The notes beneath the pieces were generated by a model. The model was not told the origin of the DNA. It made no database searches and was given only the letters and a program-made list of their open reading frames with translations. From assembly GCA_963793105.1 (NCBI GenBank), contig CAWBZB010000004.1, positions 220,210 to 284,209 on the forward strand: a stretch of DNA of 64,000 nt. Reading direction: 5' to 3'. Origin of the DNA: an uncultured bacterium. GTDB lineage: Bacteria > Actinomycetota > Actinomycetes > S36-B12. Position 1 is the stretch's first letter; every line of letters starts with the position of its first letter. This document shows, in pieces, positions 55,286-64,000 of the stretch. The translations under genes and the position numbers were made by a program.

Positions 55286-56704
55286 TCACGAGTCGAACCC
55301 GAGTCCGAGGCGGTCGAGGAGCCGCAGCCACAGGTCGCGCCGGCCCTGCTGGGCATCGGCCTTCTTCAGCGAAGACGTCGTCCATCCGATGCCCAGCGAC
55401 CGGATCGGCTCAGGGGGGAACGGCAGGGGCTTGCTGCGCACCATCTCCAGACGGGTGCGCTCCGTCTCGCGACCGTCGAGCAGGTCCAGCATCGTGGCCG
55501 CGCCGAAACGGGAGGCGCCGACGCCCAGCCCTGTGTAGCCGGAGACGTAGGCGACGCGACCCTCCATGGCCGTCCCCCAGAAGGCGCTGAAGCGCGAGCA
55601 GGTGTCGATGGCGCCGCCCCAGGCGTGCGAGAACCGGATCCCGCGAAGCTGAGGGAACGTCTGCAGGAAGTGCTCCGCGAGCAGCTCGTAGCTCTCCTGG
55701 TTGTTCTCGTGCTGGGGGCCGAAGCCATTGCCACGGTGGTAGATGGCGTCGTAGCCGCCCCACAGGATCCGGCCGTCCGCCGTCGTCCGGTAGTAGTGGA
55801 ACTGGTTGCCGGTATCACTGACGCCCTCACGTCCGGACCAGCCGACTGCATCGCGCTGCTCAGACGTGAGCGGCTCGGTGACGAGCACGTAGTCGTAGAC
55901 GGGCACGACGTAGTGGGACAGGCGCCTGAGCAGCGGCGGGTAGGCGTTGGTGGCCAGGGCCAGGCGCGATGCGGTGATGATCCCGTCGTCCGACGTCGCC
56001 ACGACCCGCCCGTCGTTCGACATGAGCCCGCGGATGGGCGTCCTCTCGAACAACCGCACGCCCGCATCGAGGCAGGCCTTGCGCAGGCCCCAGGCCAGCC
56101 GTGCCGGATCGACGAGGGCCACGCCGTCGACATCGAGGGTGGCGCCGAGATAGCTCGGGGAGCCGACCCGCGCGCGCACGTCGTCCGCGTCGAGGAGGAT
56201 GACGTTCTCACCCATAGCCGATGCGACAGCCGCGTGCTCCTGAAGTCCGGCAACCTGGTAGGGCTCGACAGCCACATCGAGCTCGCCCGAGCGGATGAAG
56301 TCACAGTCGATCCCGAGCTCCGAGACCGTTCGCTCAATCGCATCGAGGTTCTCGTGCCCGAGGCGCAGCAGCGTCGGCATGTCGTCGGGCCAGCGCTCGG
56401 CGCCGTTCGCGAACCCATGGGTCAGGGAGCTCGCGACGAAGCCGCCATTGCGACCGGTGGCGCCGTCGGCCACCCTGCCGCCCTCCACGAGGACGACGTC
56501 GCGGTCGGGGTCCAGCTGCTTGGACAGCAGGGCCGTCCATAGGCCCGTGAATCCGGCGCCGATCACCAGCAGGTCGCACGAGATGGGGCCGGAGAGGCGA
56601 GGTTCGGGGTCCGGCCGCTCCGGGCGATCCAGCCAGAAGACCGACTGTCGGGTGCCCGACAGCGACGCGAGAGCGTCGGGGCCGGGTGTGGAACTGAACT
56701 GCAC
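55286..56704 (-). CDS. DAO-family FAD-dependent oxidoreductase (PuuB-like amine oxidase candidate)
   Basis: About 472 aa from the GTG at 56704 (GAGGAG SD 6 nt upstream; GC3 drops upstream of it). Dinucleotide fold DLLVIGAGFTGLWTA. Confidence 0.85.
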   Translation of the reverse strand: MQFSSTPGPDALASLSGTRQSVFWLDRPERPDPEPRLSGPISCDLLVIGAGFTGLWTALLSKQLDPDRDVVLVEGGRVADGATGRNGGFVASSLTHGFANGAERWPDDMPTLLRLGHENLDAIERTVSELGIDCDFIRSGELDVAVEPYQVAGLQEHAAVASAMGENVILLDADDVRARVGSPSYLGATLDVDGVALVDPARLAWGLRKACLDAGVRLFERTPIRGLMSNDGRVVATSDDGIITASRLALATNAYPPLLRRLSHYVVPVYDYVLVTEPLTSEQRDAVGWSGREGVSDTGNQFHYYRTTADGRILWGGYDAIYHRGNGFGPQHENNQESYELLAEHFLQTFPQLRGIRFSHAWGGAIDTCSRFSAFWGTAMEGRVAYVSGYTGLGVGASRFGAATMLDLLDGRETERTRLEMVRSKPLPFPPEPIRSLGIGWTTSSLKKADAQQGRRDLWLRLLDRLGLGFDS

Positions 56705-56846
56705 GGAGGACTCCTCAAGAACGACGGATCGGATAGCGGAGCCTTCTCGCCCCGGCGTCCCACCAGTCCCTTCGCGTGCGGCCAACCCGATCATGGCGAT
56801 CGGTGATCCTGGCCATGATATCGGGCTGCCGTGGTCGACCGTCAGC

Positions 56847-57677
56847 CTAGGAGCGCGACATCGGGTCCAGGGCCAGCGGCTTGGGGTTCTCCAGCGCCTT
56901 GCGCCGACGGTAGCTGAGGAACTGGCCGCCGAGGACGACGAGCAGGGCCACGATGAAGACGATCGTCGCGAGGGCATTGACCTGGACCGGGATACCGCGC
57001 TGTGCCGCTCCCCAGATGTAGATCGGGAAGGTCACGAGCGTGCCGGCGTTGAAGAAGCTGATGATGAAGTCGTCGAACGACAGGGAGAAGCCCAGCAGGG
57101 CCGCGCCCATGATGCCCGGCAGCACGAGCGGGAACGTCACGTACCGGAACACGCCTCGGGCATCGGCATAGAGGTCACGGGCCGCCTCCTCCAGACGCGG
57201 ATCCATGCCCTGCAGACGGGCCTTCACCGTCACCACGACGAACGAGATGATGAACATGATGTGCGCGATGGTCACCGTGCCCTGACCGAGCGGGAACCGC
57301 AGGTTCAGGAAGAGGGCGAGCAGGCTCGCAGCCATGACCACCTCGGGAGTGGCCATCGGCAGGAAGATCAGCAGATTCGTCGTGCTCCGCCCTCGGAACC
57401 GGTAGCGCACCAGCGCGAACGCGATCATCGTGCCGAGGATCGTCGCGGCGATCGTGGAGAAGATGCCGATCTGGATGCTGGTGACGAAGGAACTGCAGAC
57501 GCCCGGGACGCCGCAGAGGTTGGTCCACGCATCCAAGGAGAACTGGTTCCAGCTCAGGTTGTACTTGCCCTCGGGCTTGTTGAAGGACAGCACCATGATC
57601 ACCGCGATGGGAATGAACAGGTACACCAGGACCAGGACGGCGACGATGCCGATGATGTGCTTGCGCAGCCATTTCAT
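56847..57677 (-). CDS. potC: Polyamine-type ABC transporter permease (PotC-like)
   Basis: About 276 aa from MKWLRKHIIG; the start shares 1 nt with the potB stop. EAA loop EEAARDLYADARGVFRYVTFPLVLPG. Confidence 0.88.
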   Translation of the reverse strand: MKWLRKHIIGIVAVLVLVYLFIPIAVIMVLSFNKPEGKYNLSWNQFSLDAWTNLCGVPGVCSSFVTSIQIGIFSTIAATILGTMIAFALVRYRFRGRSTTNLLIFLPMATPEVVMAASLLALFLNLRFPLGQGTVTIAHIMFIISFVVVTVKARLQGMDPRLEEAARDLYADARGVFRYVTFPLVLPGIMGAALLGFSLSFDDFIISFFNAGTLVTFPIYIWGAAQRGIPVQVNALATIVFIVALLVVLGGQFLSYRRRKALENPKPLALDPMSRS

Positions 57678-58570
57678 CAGAGGAGATCCTCCGTCCCCGC
57701 GCGGCGGATATAGGTGAAGACGAGGACGAGGATCGCCGCCATGAGCATGAATGACAGCGCGCTCGCGGTCGGGTAGTCGCGGAACTGGATGAAGTTGATC
57801 TGGATCGCATTGCCGATCATGCGGTTGCCGGTGGATCCGAGGAGCGCGGCGTTGATGTAGTCGCCGGCCGCCGGGATGAAGGTCAGCAGGGTGCCGGCAA
57901 CGACGCCGGGCAGGGACAGCGGCCACGTGACCTTGCGGAATGCCGTCAGGGGAGACGAGTACAGATCGCCGGCCGCCTCCACGAGCCTGGGATCGATCTT
58001 CTCCAGCGCGGCGTACAGGGGCAGGATCATGAAGGGCAGGAAGTTGTATGTCAGACCGGCGACGACGGCGATGCCCGTGTTCAGGATTCGGCCCTCGGGC
58101 AGCAGGTTGAGGGCGTTGAGCGTGCTGGTGATGATCCCCTCGTCAGCGAGGATCGTCTTCCACGCGTAGGTGCGCAACAGGAACGAGGCGAAGGAGGGGG
58201 CGATGACGAGCACGAGCATCAGCGATCGCCAGTTGCCCGCCTTGAACGCGATGAAGTATGCCAACGGGTAGGCGATGGCGAGGGCGAGCAGCGTCGCGAT
58301 CCCCGCATAGATGAACGACCTCAGGAAGAGCGGCCAGTACTCGGCGAACGCGCTCGCATAGTTGCCGAACTCCAGACCGAACTGGTACTTCCCCGACTTG
58401 CCGGCAACCGGCTGCTGGAGGCTGGTCATGAACAGCGTGACGAACGGGATGGCGAAGAAGACCCCTAGCCAGGCCATGCCCGGGAAAAGCAGCAGGTAGC
58501 CCGTTCGCGACGAGCGCTGTGCGACGACGGCCGGTGCCTGGCTCCTCGTGGTCGGGACGACTGCGACCAT
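57677..58570 (-). CDS. potB: Polyamine-type ABC transporter permease (PotB-like)
   Basis: 297 aa with EAA loop VEAAGDLYSSPLTAFRKVTWPLSLPG. Confidence 0.88.
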   Translation of the reverse strand: MVAVVPTTRSQAPAVVAQRSSRTGYLLLFPGMAWLGVFFAIPFVTLFMTSLQQPVAGKSGKYQFGLEFGNYASAFAEYWPLFLRSFIYAGIATLLALAIAYPLAYFIAFKAGNWRSLMLVLVIAPSFASFLLRTYAWKTILADEGIITSTLNALNLLPEGRILNTGIAVVAGLTYNFLPFMILPLYAALEKIDPRLVEAAGDLYSSPLTAFRKVTWPLSLPGVVAGTLLTFIPAAGDYINAALLGSTGNRMIGNAIQINFIQFRDYPTASALSFMLMAAILVLVFTYIRRAGTEDLL

Positions 58571-58572
58571 GC

Positions 58573-59763
58573 TCAGGCTCCCTTGGCGTCGCCGAGGAGA
58601 CGAGCGTTGAGGGCGCCGAGTGCGAGGACCTCCGTGTCCACGCCCACCGTCGCGCCTCCGCTGACGTCGAGTCCGAACGTGTGGCTCGGGGCCCAGTGCA
58701 GGATGACGCGGTCGCCGACGTCGCTGCGGTCGCCCACGACGACGTTCTGCTCGAACACCGTCAACTCGTGGCGCCAGTCCGTCTCGACGAGGTACTGCGT
58801 CGAGACGCCGGTGTAGGACACGTCCGTGACCCGGCCCGTGATGCGATTGTGGTTCTCCGGGATCCGATCGGCGTCGACCTCGTCCACGATCGTGAGCTTC
58901 TCCGGGCGCACGCCCACGATGGCGCCCGAGCCTTCCGCGAAGAAGCGGTCCGCCGGGATCGCGAACGTCTGCCCGTGCGACTCCACGAGCACGTCGTCCC
59001 CGGAGGTTCCGGTCCGCTCCCCCTCGATCAGGTTGGACTGACCCAGGAAGTTGGCGACGAAGACGGTGCGGGGCAGCTCGTAGATGTCAGCAGGGTGCCC
59101 CATCTGCTCGATCCGGCCCTTGTTCATGACCGCGACCGTGTCGGCCATGGTCATGGCCTCCTCCTGGTCGTGCGTCACATGCACGAAGGTGGTTCCCACA
59201 TCGACCTGGATCCGCTTGAGCTCGATCTGCATCTGGCGTCGCAGCTTGAGGTCGAGGGCGCCGAGCGGCTCGTCGAGGAGGAGGACGTCAGGCTCGTTGA
59301 TCAGGGCCCGGGCGACCGCGACACGCTGCTGCTGCCCACCGGAGAGCTGGGTCGGCTTCCGTCGGGCCAGCGGCCCCAGTTCGACGAGGTCGAGCATCTT
59401 CTCCACGGTCGCCGTGACGTCCTTGATCTTGCGGCGCCTCAGGCCGAACGCCACGTTCTCGAAGATGTCCAGGTGCGGGAACAGCGCATAGGACTGGAAC
59501 ACCGTGTTGACGGGCCGCTCGAACGCTCGGAGCGCCGTGATGTCCTTCTCGCCGATGTGGATCGTGCCGGCCGTGGGATCCTCCAGGCCCGCGACCATCC
59601 GCAGCGTCGTTGTCTTCCCACAGCCCGAGGCGCCGAGGAGGGCGAAGAACGAGCCCGCAGGGATCGTCAACGTCAGGTCGTCGACTGCTGCCATGTCGCC
59701 GAACTTCTTCGTCAGATTGCGCAGGTGGAGATCCTCCACGCCCCGCGAGTCGTCCTTCGCCAC
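58573..59763 (-). CDS. potA: Polyamine-type ABC transporter ATP-binding protein (PotA-like)
   Basis: 396 aa with Walker [10 protein letters not shown], signature [10 protein letters not shown], Walker B LLLDEP and a C-terminal TOBE-like domain. Confidence 0.92.
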   Translation of the reverse strand: MAKDDSRGVEDLHLRNLTKKFGDMAAVDDLTLTIPAGSFFALLGASGCGKTTTLRMVAGLEDPTAGTIHIGEKDITALRAFERPVNTVFQSYALFPHLDIFENVAFGLRRRKIKDVTATVEKMLDLVELGPLARRKPTQLSGGQQQRVAVARALINEPDVLLLDEPLGALDLKLRRQMQIELKRIQVDVGTTFVHVTHDQEEAMTMADTVAVMNKGRIEQMGHPADIYELPRTVFVANFLGQSNLIEGERTGTSGDDVLVESHGQTFAIPADRFFAEGSGAIVGVRPEKLTIVDEVDADRIPENHNRITGRVTDVSYTGVSTQYLVETDWRHELTVFEQNVVVGDRSDVGDRVILHWAPSHTFGLDVSGGATVGVDTEVLALGALNARLLGDAKGA

Positions 59764-59803
59764 CGAAACCTCTCTCTTCCTGCCTGTCGAGTCCGGACGA
59801 ACC

Positions 59804-61021
59804 TTAGTTGCCGATCGCCTTCTGGAACTCGCGCTCGTAGGCCTCGTTCTGCTCGGCCGTGAGCTCCATGAACACGAAGGTCCTATCGAGGGTCTCCGCC
59901 GTCGGGAAGATCCACGGATCGTCGACCAGTTCCGGATCGATGTCCGCCATGGCCTCCTGCGCGCCCTGCACCGGGCAGATGTAGTTGACGTACGCCGCGA
60001 CCTCGGCCGCGACGGCAGGATCGTAGTAGTAGTTCATGATCATCTCGGCGTTCTTCTTGTGCTGCGCCAAGGCCGGGATGACCATGTTGTCGGTCCACAG
60101 AGTGCCGCCGGTCTCGGGGATCTCGAAGCTGAAGTCCTCGCCGAGGGCGATGATGTCGCCGGACCAGCCGATCACCGCGATGACGTCACCGGACTCCAGG
60201 GCCGCGATGTAGTCGTTGCCGGTGACCTGACGGATCTGCCCGCTGTCGACCTGCTGCGCCAGCAACTCGATCGCCTGGCTGAACTGGTCATCGGTGAAGT
60301 TCGAGGGATCGTTGCCCTGCGAAGCAATCAGGACTCCCATGGTGTCGCGCATCTCCGAGAGCACCGTGACGCGTCCCTTGAGTGACGGATCGAACAGCTG
60401 CTCCACAGTCGTCAGCGTGTCGTTGCCGGTGGTGTCCTTGTAGGCGGAGATGTTGTAGCCAAGGCCACCGATGCCCGACTGCCAGGGGAGGGTGTAGTCG
60501 CGGTTGGGGTCGAACGAGACGCTCGCCAGGTTGGGGATGATGTTGCCCGAGTTCGGCATCGACGCCTTGTCCAGCGTCTGCGCGAAGCCGTTCTGGATCC
60601 ACAGTGCGGCCATCCAGTCGGTGAGCACGACGAGGTCGCGACCGATATCCTGCCCCTGCTCCAGCTGGGTGCGGACCTTGGCGTAGAACTCGTTGTTGTC
60701 GTTGATGTCCTCGGTGTACGTGACGGCGATTCCGTTCTCCGTCTGGAATGCCTCGATGGTCGGCCGCTCGCCGGTGTCCTCGTTGACGTCGATGTACAGG
60801 GGCCAGTTCGACCAGTTGATCACCTTGTCGGTGTCGCTCATGTCCTCCGCGGCTGCGGCGCCGGAAGAATCGGCGCCACCTTCGTCCCCTCCGGTGCCGC
60901 ACGCGGCCGCGACCATGGCGGCCCCGCCAAGGCCGGCGGCCTGCAGGAGACGGCGGCGCGACACGGAGGACCGCATGGTCCCTGCGATGGCGGCAATGGC
61001 TTCGGGGCGCTTCGGGCTCAT
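59804..61021 (-). CDS. potD: Spermidine/putrescine-type periplasmic binding lipoprotein (PotD/PotF-like)
   Basis: 405 aa with a Tat-like RRRLLQAAGLGGAAMVAAAC signal plus lipobox and the PotD-family body (NWSNWPLYID, NEFYAKVRTQL, WTDNMVIP). Confidence 0.9.
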   Translation of the reverse strand: MSPKRPEAIAAIAGTMRSSVSRRRLLQAAGLGGAAMVAAACGTGGDEGGADSSGAAAAEDMSDTDKVINWSNWPLYIDVNEDTGERPTIEAFQTENGIAVTYTEDINDNNEFYAKVRTQLEQGQDIGRDLVVLTDWMAALWIQNGFAQTLDKASMPNSGNIIPNLASVSFDPNRDYTLPWQSGIGGLGYNISAYKDTTGNDTLTTVEQLFDPSLKGRVTVLSEMRDTMGVLIASQGNDPSNFTDDQFSQAIELLAQQVDSGQIRQVTGNDYIAALESGDVIAVIGWSGDIIALGEDFSFEIPETGGTLWTDNMVIPALAQHKKNAEMIMNYYYDPAVAAEVAAYVNYICPVQGAQEAMADIDPELVDDPWIFPTAETLDRTFVFMELTAEQNEAYEREFQKAIGN

Positions 61022-61103
61022 TTCGGTAATCCTCCGGTCGGTAAGTGCTCTGGCTGACGTTCTCGGGCGTGAAACTACCGGTCCTGCGTTTCGTGGGTGC
61101 TAG

Positions 61104-62588
61104 CTAGTGGTCAGTGAAGATCGTTCGGTGCCATGGCTTGTGTGGTTCTCCCGTGATGTCCATCGAGACATGCTTGATGTTGGTGTACTCGTCGAATGCG
61201 TACTGGGACATATCCTTGCCGAAACCGGACTGGCCGAAGCCGCCATGGGGCATCTCGCTCACAATCGGTATGTGATCGTTAACCCACACACAGCCGGCTC
61301 GGATCTCTCGCTGAGCGCGCAGACCCCGGAAGATGTCGGTCGTCCAGGCCGAGGCGGCCAGGCCGAACACCGTGTCGTTCGCCAGGGCCAGCCCGTCATC
61401 ATCGCCGTCGAAGGGCAGGACGACGAGGACCGGTCCGAACACCTCGTCGGTCACGATCTCTGAGCCCTGGGCGGCGTTCGTGATCAGTGTGGGGCGGTAG
61501 TAGGCACCTCGTGCGAGATCGCCTCCGGGTGCCTCGCCGCCGGTGACGACGCTGGCCCCGTCCCGCACGGCCCGCTCGACGAAGCCCGCGACGCGCTCCG
61601 CCTGCCGCGCGGAGATGAGTGGCCCGAGGTCGGTGTCAGGATCCTCGGGCAGTCCCAGCCGGACCCGGCCGTACAGGTCGGCAACCCCGGCCACGAATGC
61701 GTCGTACAGGGGGCGCTGGACGTATGCGCGCGTGGCCGCCGTGCAGTCCTGCCCCGCGTTGATCAGCGACCCGGCCACGGCGCCGTGGATCGCCGCCTCA
61801 AGATCCGCGTCGTCGAACACCACGAACGGCGCCTTGCCGCCCAGTTCCAGGTGCACTCGCTTCACGCTGGTCGTGGCCAGCTCCATGACACGCCTGCCCA
61901 CCGGCGTGGATCCTGTGAAGGACACCATGGCAACGTCGGGATGACTCACCAGCGCCTCGCCCGCATCGGGACCCGCCCCCGCAACGACGTTGACGACCCC
62001 GGCCGGAAGACCTGCCGCGATGCAGTCCTCGGCCAGCATGAGAGAGGTAATGGGGGTGATCTCCGCGGGCTTGAGGACGATCGTGTTGCCAGCCGCGATC
62101 GCGGGAAGGATCTTCCACATCGCCATCTGAAGCGGGTAGTTCCAGGGCGCGATCGAGCCGACGACGCCGATCGCCTCGCGTCGGATCAGGGAGGTGTGCA
62201 CCCCGTCCCACTCCGCGGACGCCTTCCCCTCGAGGTTGCGGGCCGCCCCTGCGAAGAAGGACACGTTGTCGATGGAGCCGGGAACGTCGAACTCCGAGGA
62301 CAGCCGGATCGGCTTGCCGGTCTGCCTGGTCTCCGCCAGGGCATACTCGGCCGCTCGTGACTCCAGCCGTGCCGCGAGTCGGATGAGTGCGGTCGAACGG
62401 TCGACGGGGGGTGCGGTTGACCACTCGGGGAAGGCCGCCGCCGCGGCCGCGACAGCGAGACCGACGTCGCGGGCACCGGCCAGTTCCATGGAAGCGACGA
62501 CCGAGCCATCCGCGGGGTTGACGACGTCGCCGATGATCCCGGACGTGCCCGCCTGAGACCGGCCGCTGGCGAAGATCGCGTCCGTCAC
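61104..62588 (-). CDS. NAD-dependent aldehyde dehydrogenase (aminobutyraldehyde dehydrogenase-like)
   Basis: 494 aa with ALDH signatures ELGGKAP, catalytic-Cys block GQDCTAATR, and [11 protein letters not shown]. Confidence 0.92.
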   Translation of the reverse strand: MTDAIFASGRSQAGTSGIIGDVVNPADGSVVASMELAGARDVGLAVAAAAAAFPEWSTAPPVDRSTALIRLAARLESRAAEYALAETRQTGKPIRLSSEFDVPGSIDNVSFFAGAARNLEGKASAEWDGVHTSLIRREAIGVVGSIAPWNYPLQMAMWKILPAIAAGNTIVLKPAEITPITSLMLAEDCIAAGLPAGVVNVVAGAGPDAGEALVSHPDVAMVSFTGSTPVGRRVMELATTSVKRVHLELGGKAPFVVFDDADLEAAIHGAVAGSLINAGQDCTAATRAYVQRPLYDAFVAGVADLYGRVRLGLPEDPDTDLGPLISARQAERVAGFVERAVRDGASVVTGGEAPGGDLARGAYYRPTLITNAAQGSEIVTDEVFGPVLVVLPFDGDDDGLALANDTVFGLAASAWTTDIFRGLRAQREIRAGCVWVNDHIPIVSEMPHGGFGQSGFGKDMSQYAFDEYTNIKHVSMDITGEPHKPWHRTIFTDH

Positions 62589-62759
62589 CGAACCTCCCTA
62601 GTCCCGCACCATGGTCACGCACTGCCGTCTGGGTCCGCATACAACCACGAAAACAGGTGTCAGACAAGGCATTCGCGCAGGAAATCTCGATCTATCGACC
62701 CCTTGCACGATGGAATTCGTCGCAATAGCCGCTCTTCGCAACGATTCGCGGGGTGACAT

Positions 62760-64000
62760 CTACACGCCGCGAAGAGTGGGGGCCGCCTTGGCAGCGGCAG
62801 CGAGCGCCGAGATGACGTGCTGGAGCTGATCGGGGTTCCGCTCGTCGAGGATGCCGGTCGTGACCCGGATGTGCCGACTCGGAGCCCCGCTGACCATGAA
62901 CGGTGACCCCGGCGACGCCCGAATGCCCATCGCGGCCAAGGTGATGAGGGCCGAACGCTCGTCGGCAACCTCCACCCACGCGTTGATCCCCTCCCCCGTC
63001 GTGCTCACCACGCCCTCACCGGCGAGTCCGGCACGGACCGCCAGGCTGCGCACCGCGTAGGTCGAGCGAGCGCCGGCGACGGCGGCCCGTGCCGTCGGAT
63101 CCGTGAGGAGTTCCACCAGGACGGCCTGGAGCAGGCGACTGGTCCAGCCCGGCCCGAGCATCCGGCGCGAGACGAGCGGATCGATGACGTCTGCCGAACC
63201 CCCCACGGCCGCGATCCGCAGATCCGGTCCGTGCGACTTGGAGTAGCTGCGGATATGGACGGTGCGATCGGGGAGGTGCATCCCGATGCTCACGTCCGCC
63301 CCGGTGGCGATCTCGCCCGAGTGATCGTCCTCGACCACGACGGCGTGGTGAGCGGAGAGGATCGCCGCCAGTTCGCGGCAGCGCCCCACGCTCATGCTGA
63401 TCCCGGTCGGGTTCTGAGCCCTCGGCTGCAGGAAGATCGCTACCGGGTCCAGCCGCATTGCCTCGACGAGGGACGCCGGCGTGACGCCCTCCTCGTCGAG
63501 GGCAACGGGGACGAGCTCCGCTCCGGCACGCTCGAGCAGGTCGATCAGAGGCGGGAACCCCGGGTTCTCCATGACGACGCGGTCACCCAGGCGCACGACC
63601 TGCTCGACGATCCGAGACAGGGCGTCCAGGGCTCCGTCGACGACCGTCAGGCGCTCCGGGACGAACGGCCAATCGCGGCGCAGGACGGCCTCGAGCTCGG
63701 GCAGGACAGGATCGTCCAGATAGCTCGTGGTCCATGCCGTCGACCGGGCCACCACCCGGTCGACCGCGGCCCGCAGCGGCGGCAGGAGCCGAGGGTCCGG
63801 GGTTCCTGCGGACAGATTCATACCCTCGGTGACCGGCGCCCCGCCAATGCCCAGGTAGCGCGCTGGACGCGTGGGCTCGACGGTGTCGCGAACGAAAGTA
63901 CCCGCCCGGCCTCGCGCCTGTATCGCGCCAACGGCGCCGAGCGCCTGCCAGGCCTCGCTCACGGTGGCGGGGCTGACGTTCAGCTCCTTGCCGAGATCGC
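62760..64000 (-). CDS. MocR/GabR-type regulator (GntR HTH fused to a fold-type I PLP aminotransferase-like domain), 5' end outside the window
   Basis: The 400-aa visible ORF is the aminotransferase-like domain (IFLQPRAQNPTGISM, SYSKSHGPDLRIA). Upstream of the track Met the frame continues to the window edge as DLGKELNVSPATVSEAWQAL, a GntR HTH. Confidence 0.85.
   Translation of the reverse strand, partial: DLGKELNVSPATVSEAWQALGAVGAIQARGRAGTFVRDTVEPTRPARYLGIGGAPVTEGMNLSAGTPDPRLLPPLRAAVDRVVARSTAWTTSYLDDPVLPELEAVLRRDWPFVPERLTVVDGALDALSRIVEQVVRLGDRVVMENPGFPPLIDLLERAGAELVPVALDEEGVTPASLVEAMRLDPVAIFLQPRAQNPTGISMSVGRCRELAAILSAHHAVVVEDDHSGEIATGADVSIGMHLPDRTVHIRSYSKSHGPDLRIAAVGGSADVIDPLVSRRMLGPGWTSRLLQAVLVELLTDPTARAAVAGARSTYAVRSLAVRAGLAGEGVVSTTGEGINAWVEVADERSALITLAAMGIRASPGSPFMVSGAPSRHIRVTTGILDERNPDQLQHVISALAAAAKAAPTLRGV

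Overview
This is a very GC-rich chromosomal segment with strong GC3 codon bias. Gene content and order are typical of Actinomycetota, and most genes lie on the minus strand. All calls rest on motifs and synteny read by eye; no BLAST, HMM or folding was run. The ORF track reports longest ORFs (ATG/GTG/TTG), so many true starts are internal and were re-placed using neighbouring stop codons, SD sequences and family N-termini.

Positions 0-48 kb are conserved housekeeping synteny:
- GNAT, then a TetR gene divergent from an MMPL transporter
- DUF3046-MFS-recA-recX
- ywiC-like-lhr
- clgR / cinA-pgsA-rimO
- ftsK
- thyX-dapA-rnj
- azlCD
- dapB
- rpsO-pnp-M16 peptidase
- ribF-truB-rbfA-infB-ylxR-nusA-rimP
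- proS-HAD-TauE
- dxr-rseP-ispG

Positions 48-64 kb look more accessory and form an amine-catabolism island. It holds a PucR regulator divergent from gabT, a decayed potD paralog and a decayed small secreted-protein gene. Convergent to these is an 8-gene minus-strand operon: aldehyde dehydrogenase, potDABC-like importer, DAO-family FAD oxidoreductase, agmatinase-family ureohydrolase and a saccharopine-dehydrogenase-family enzyme. A MocR/GntR-PLP regulator precedes it and runs off the window end.

No rRNA, tRNA, CRISPR array, transposase, integrase or phage gene was recognised. Many gene pairs overlap by ATGA/GTGA or by 8 nt, consistent with translational coupling.

Most notable observations:
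1. The ureohydrolase plus saccharopine-dehydrogenase-like pair sits at the end of an uptake/catabolic operon, and I cannot assign it to a named pathway.
2. About eight frame changes cluster in 51.6-52.9 kb, against single frame breaks in MMPL, a thioredoxin-fold/CcdA-like gene and truB elsewhere.
3. A perfect 22-bp inverted repeat plus paired 11-nt direct repeats lies between rnj and ftsK.
4. A 16-bp perfect hairpin with a degenerate second copy lies between infB and rbfA.
5. recA has a textbook LexA box plus a RecA-NDp-like promoter.
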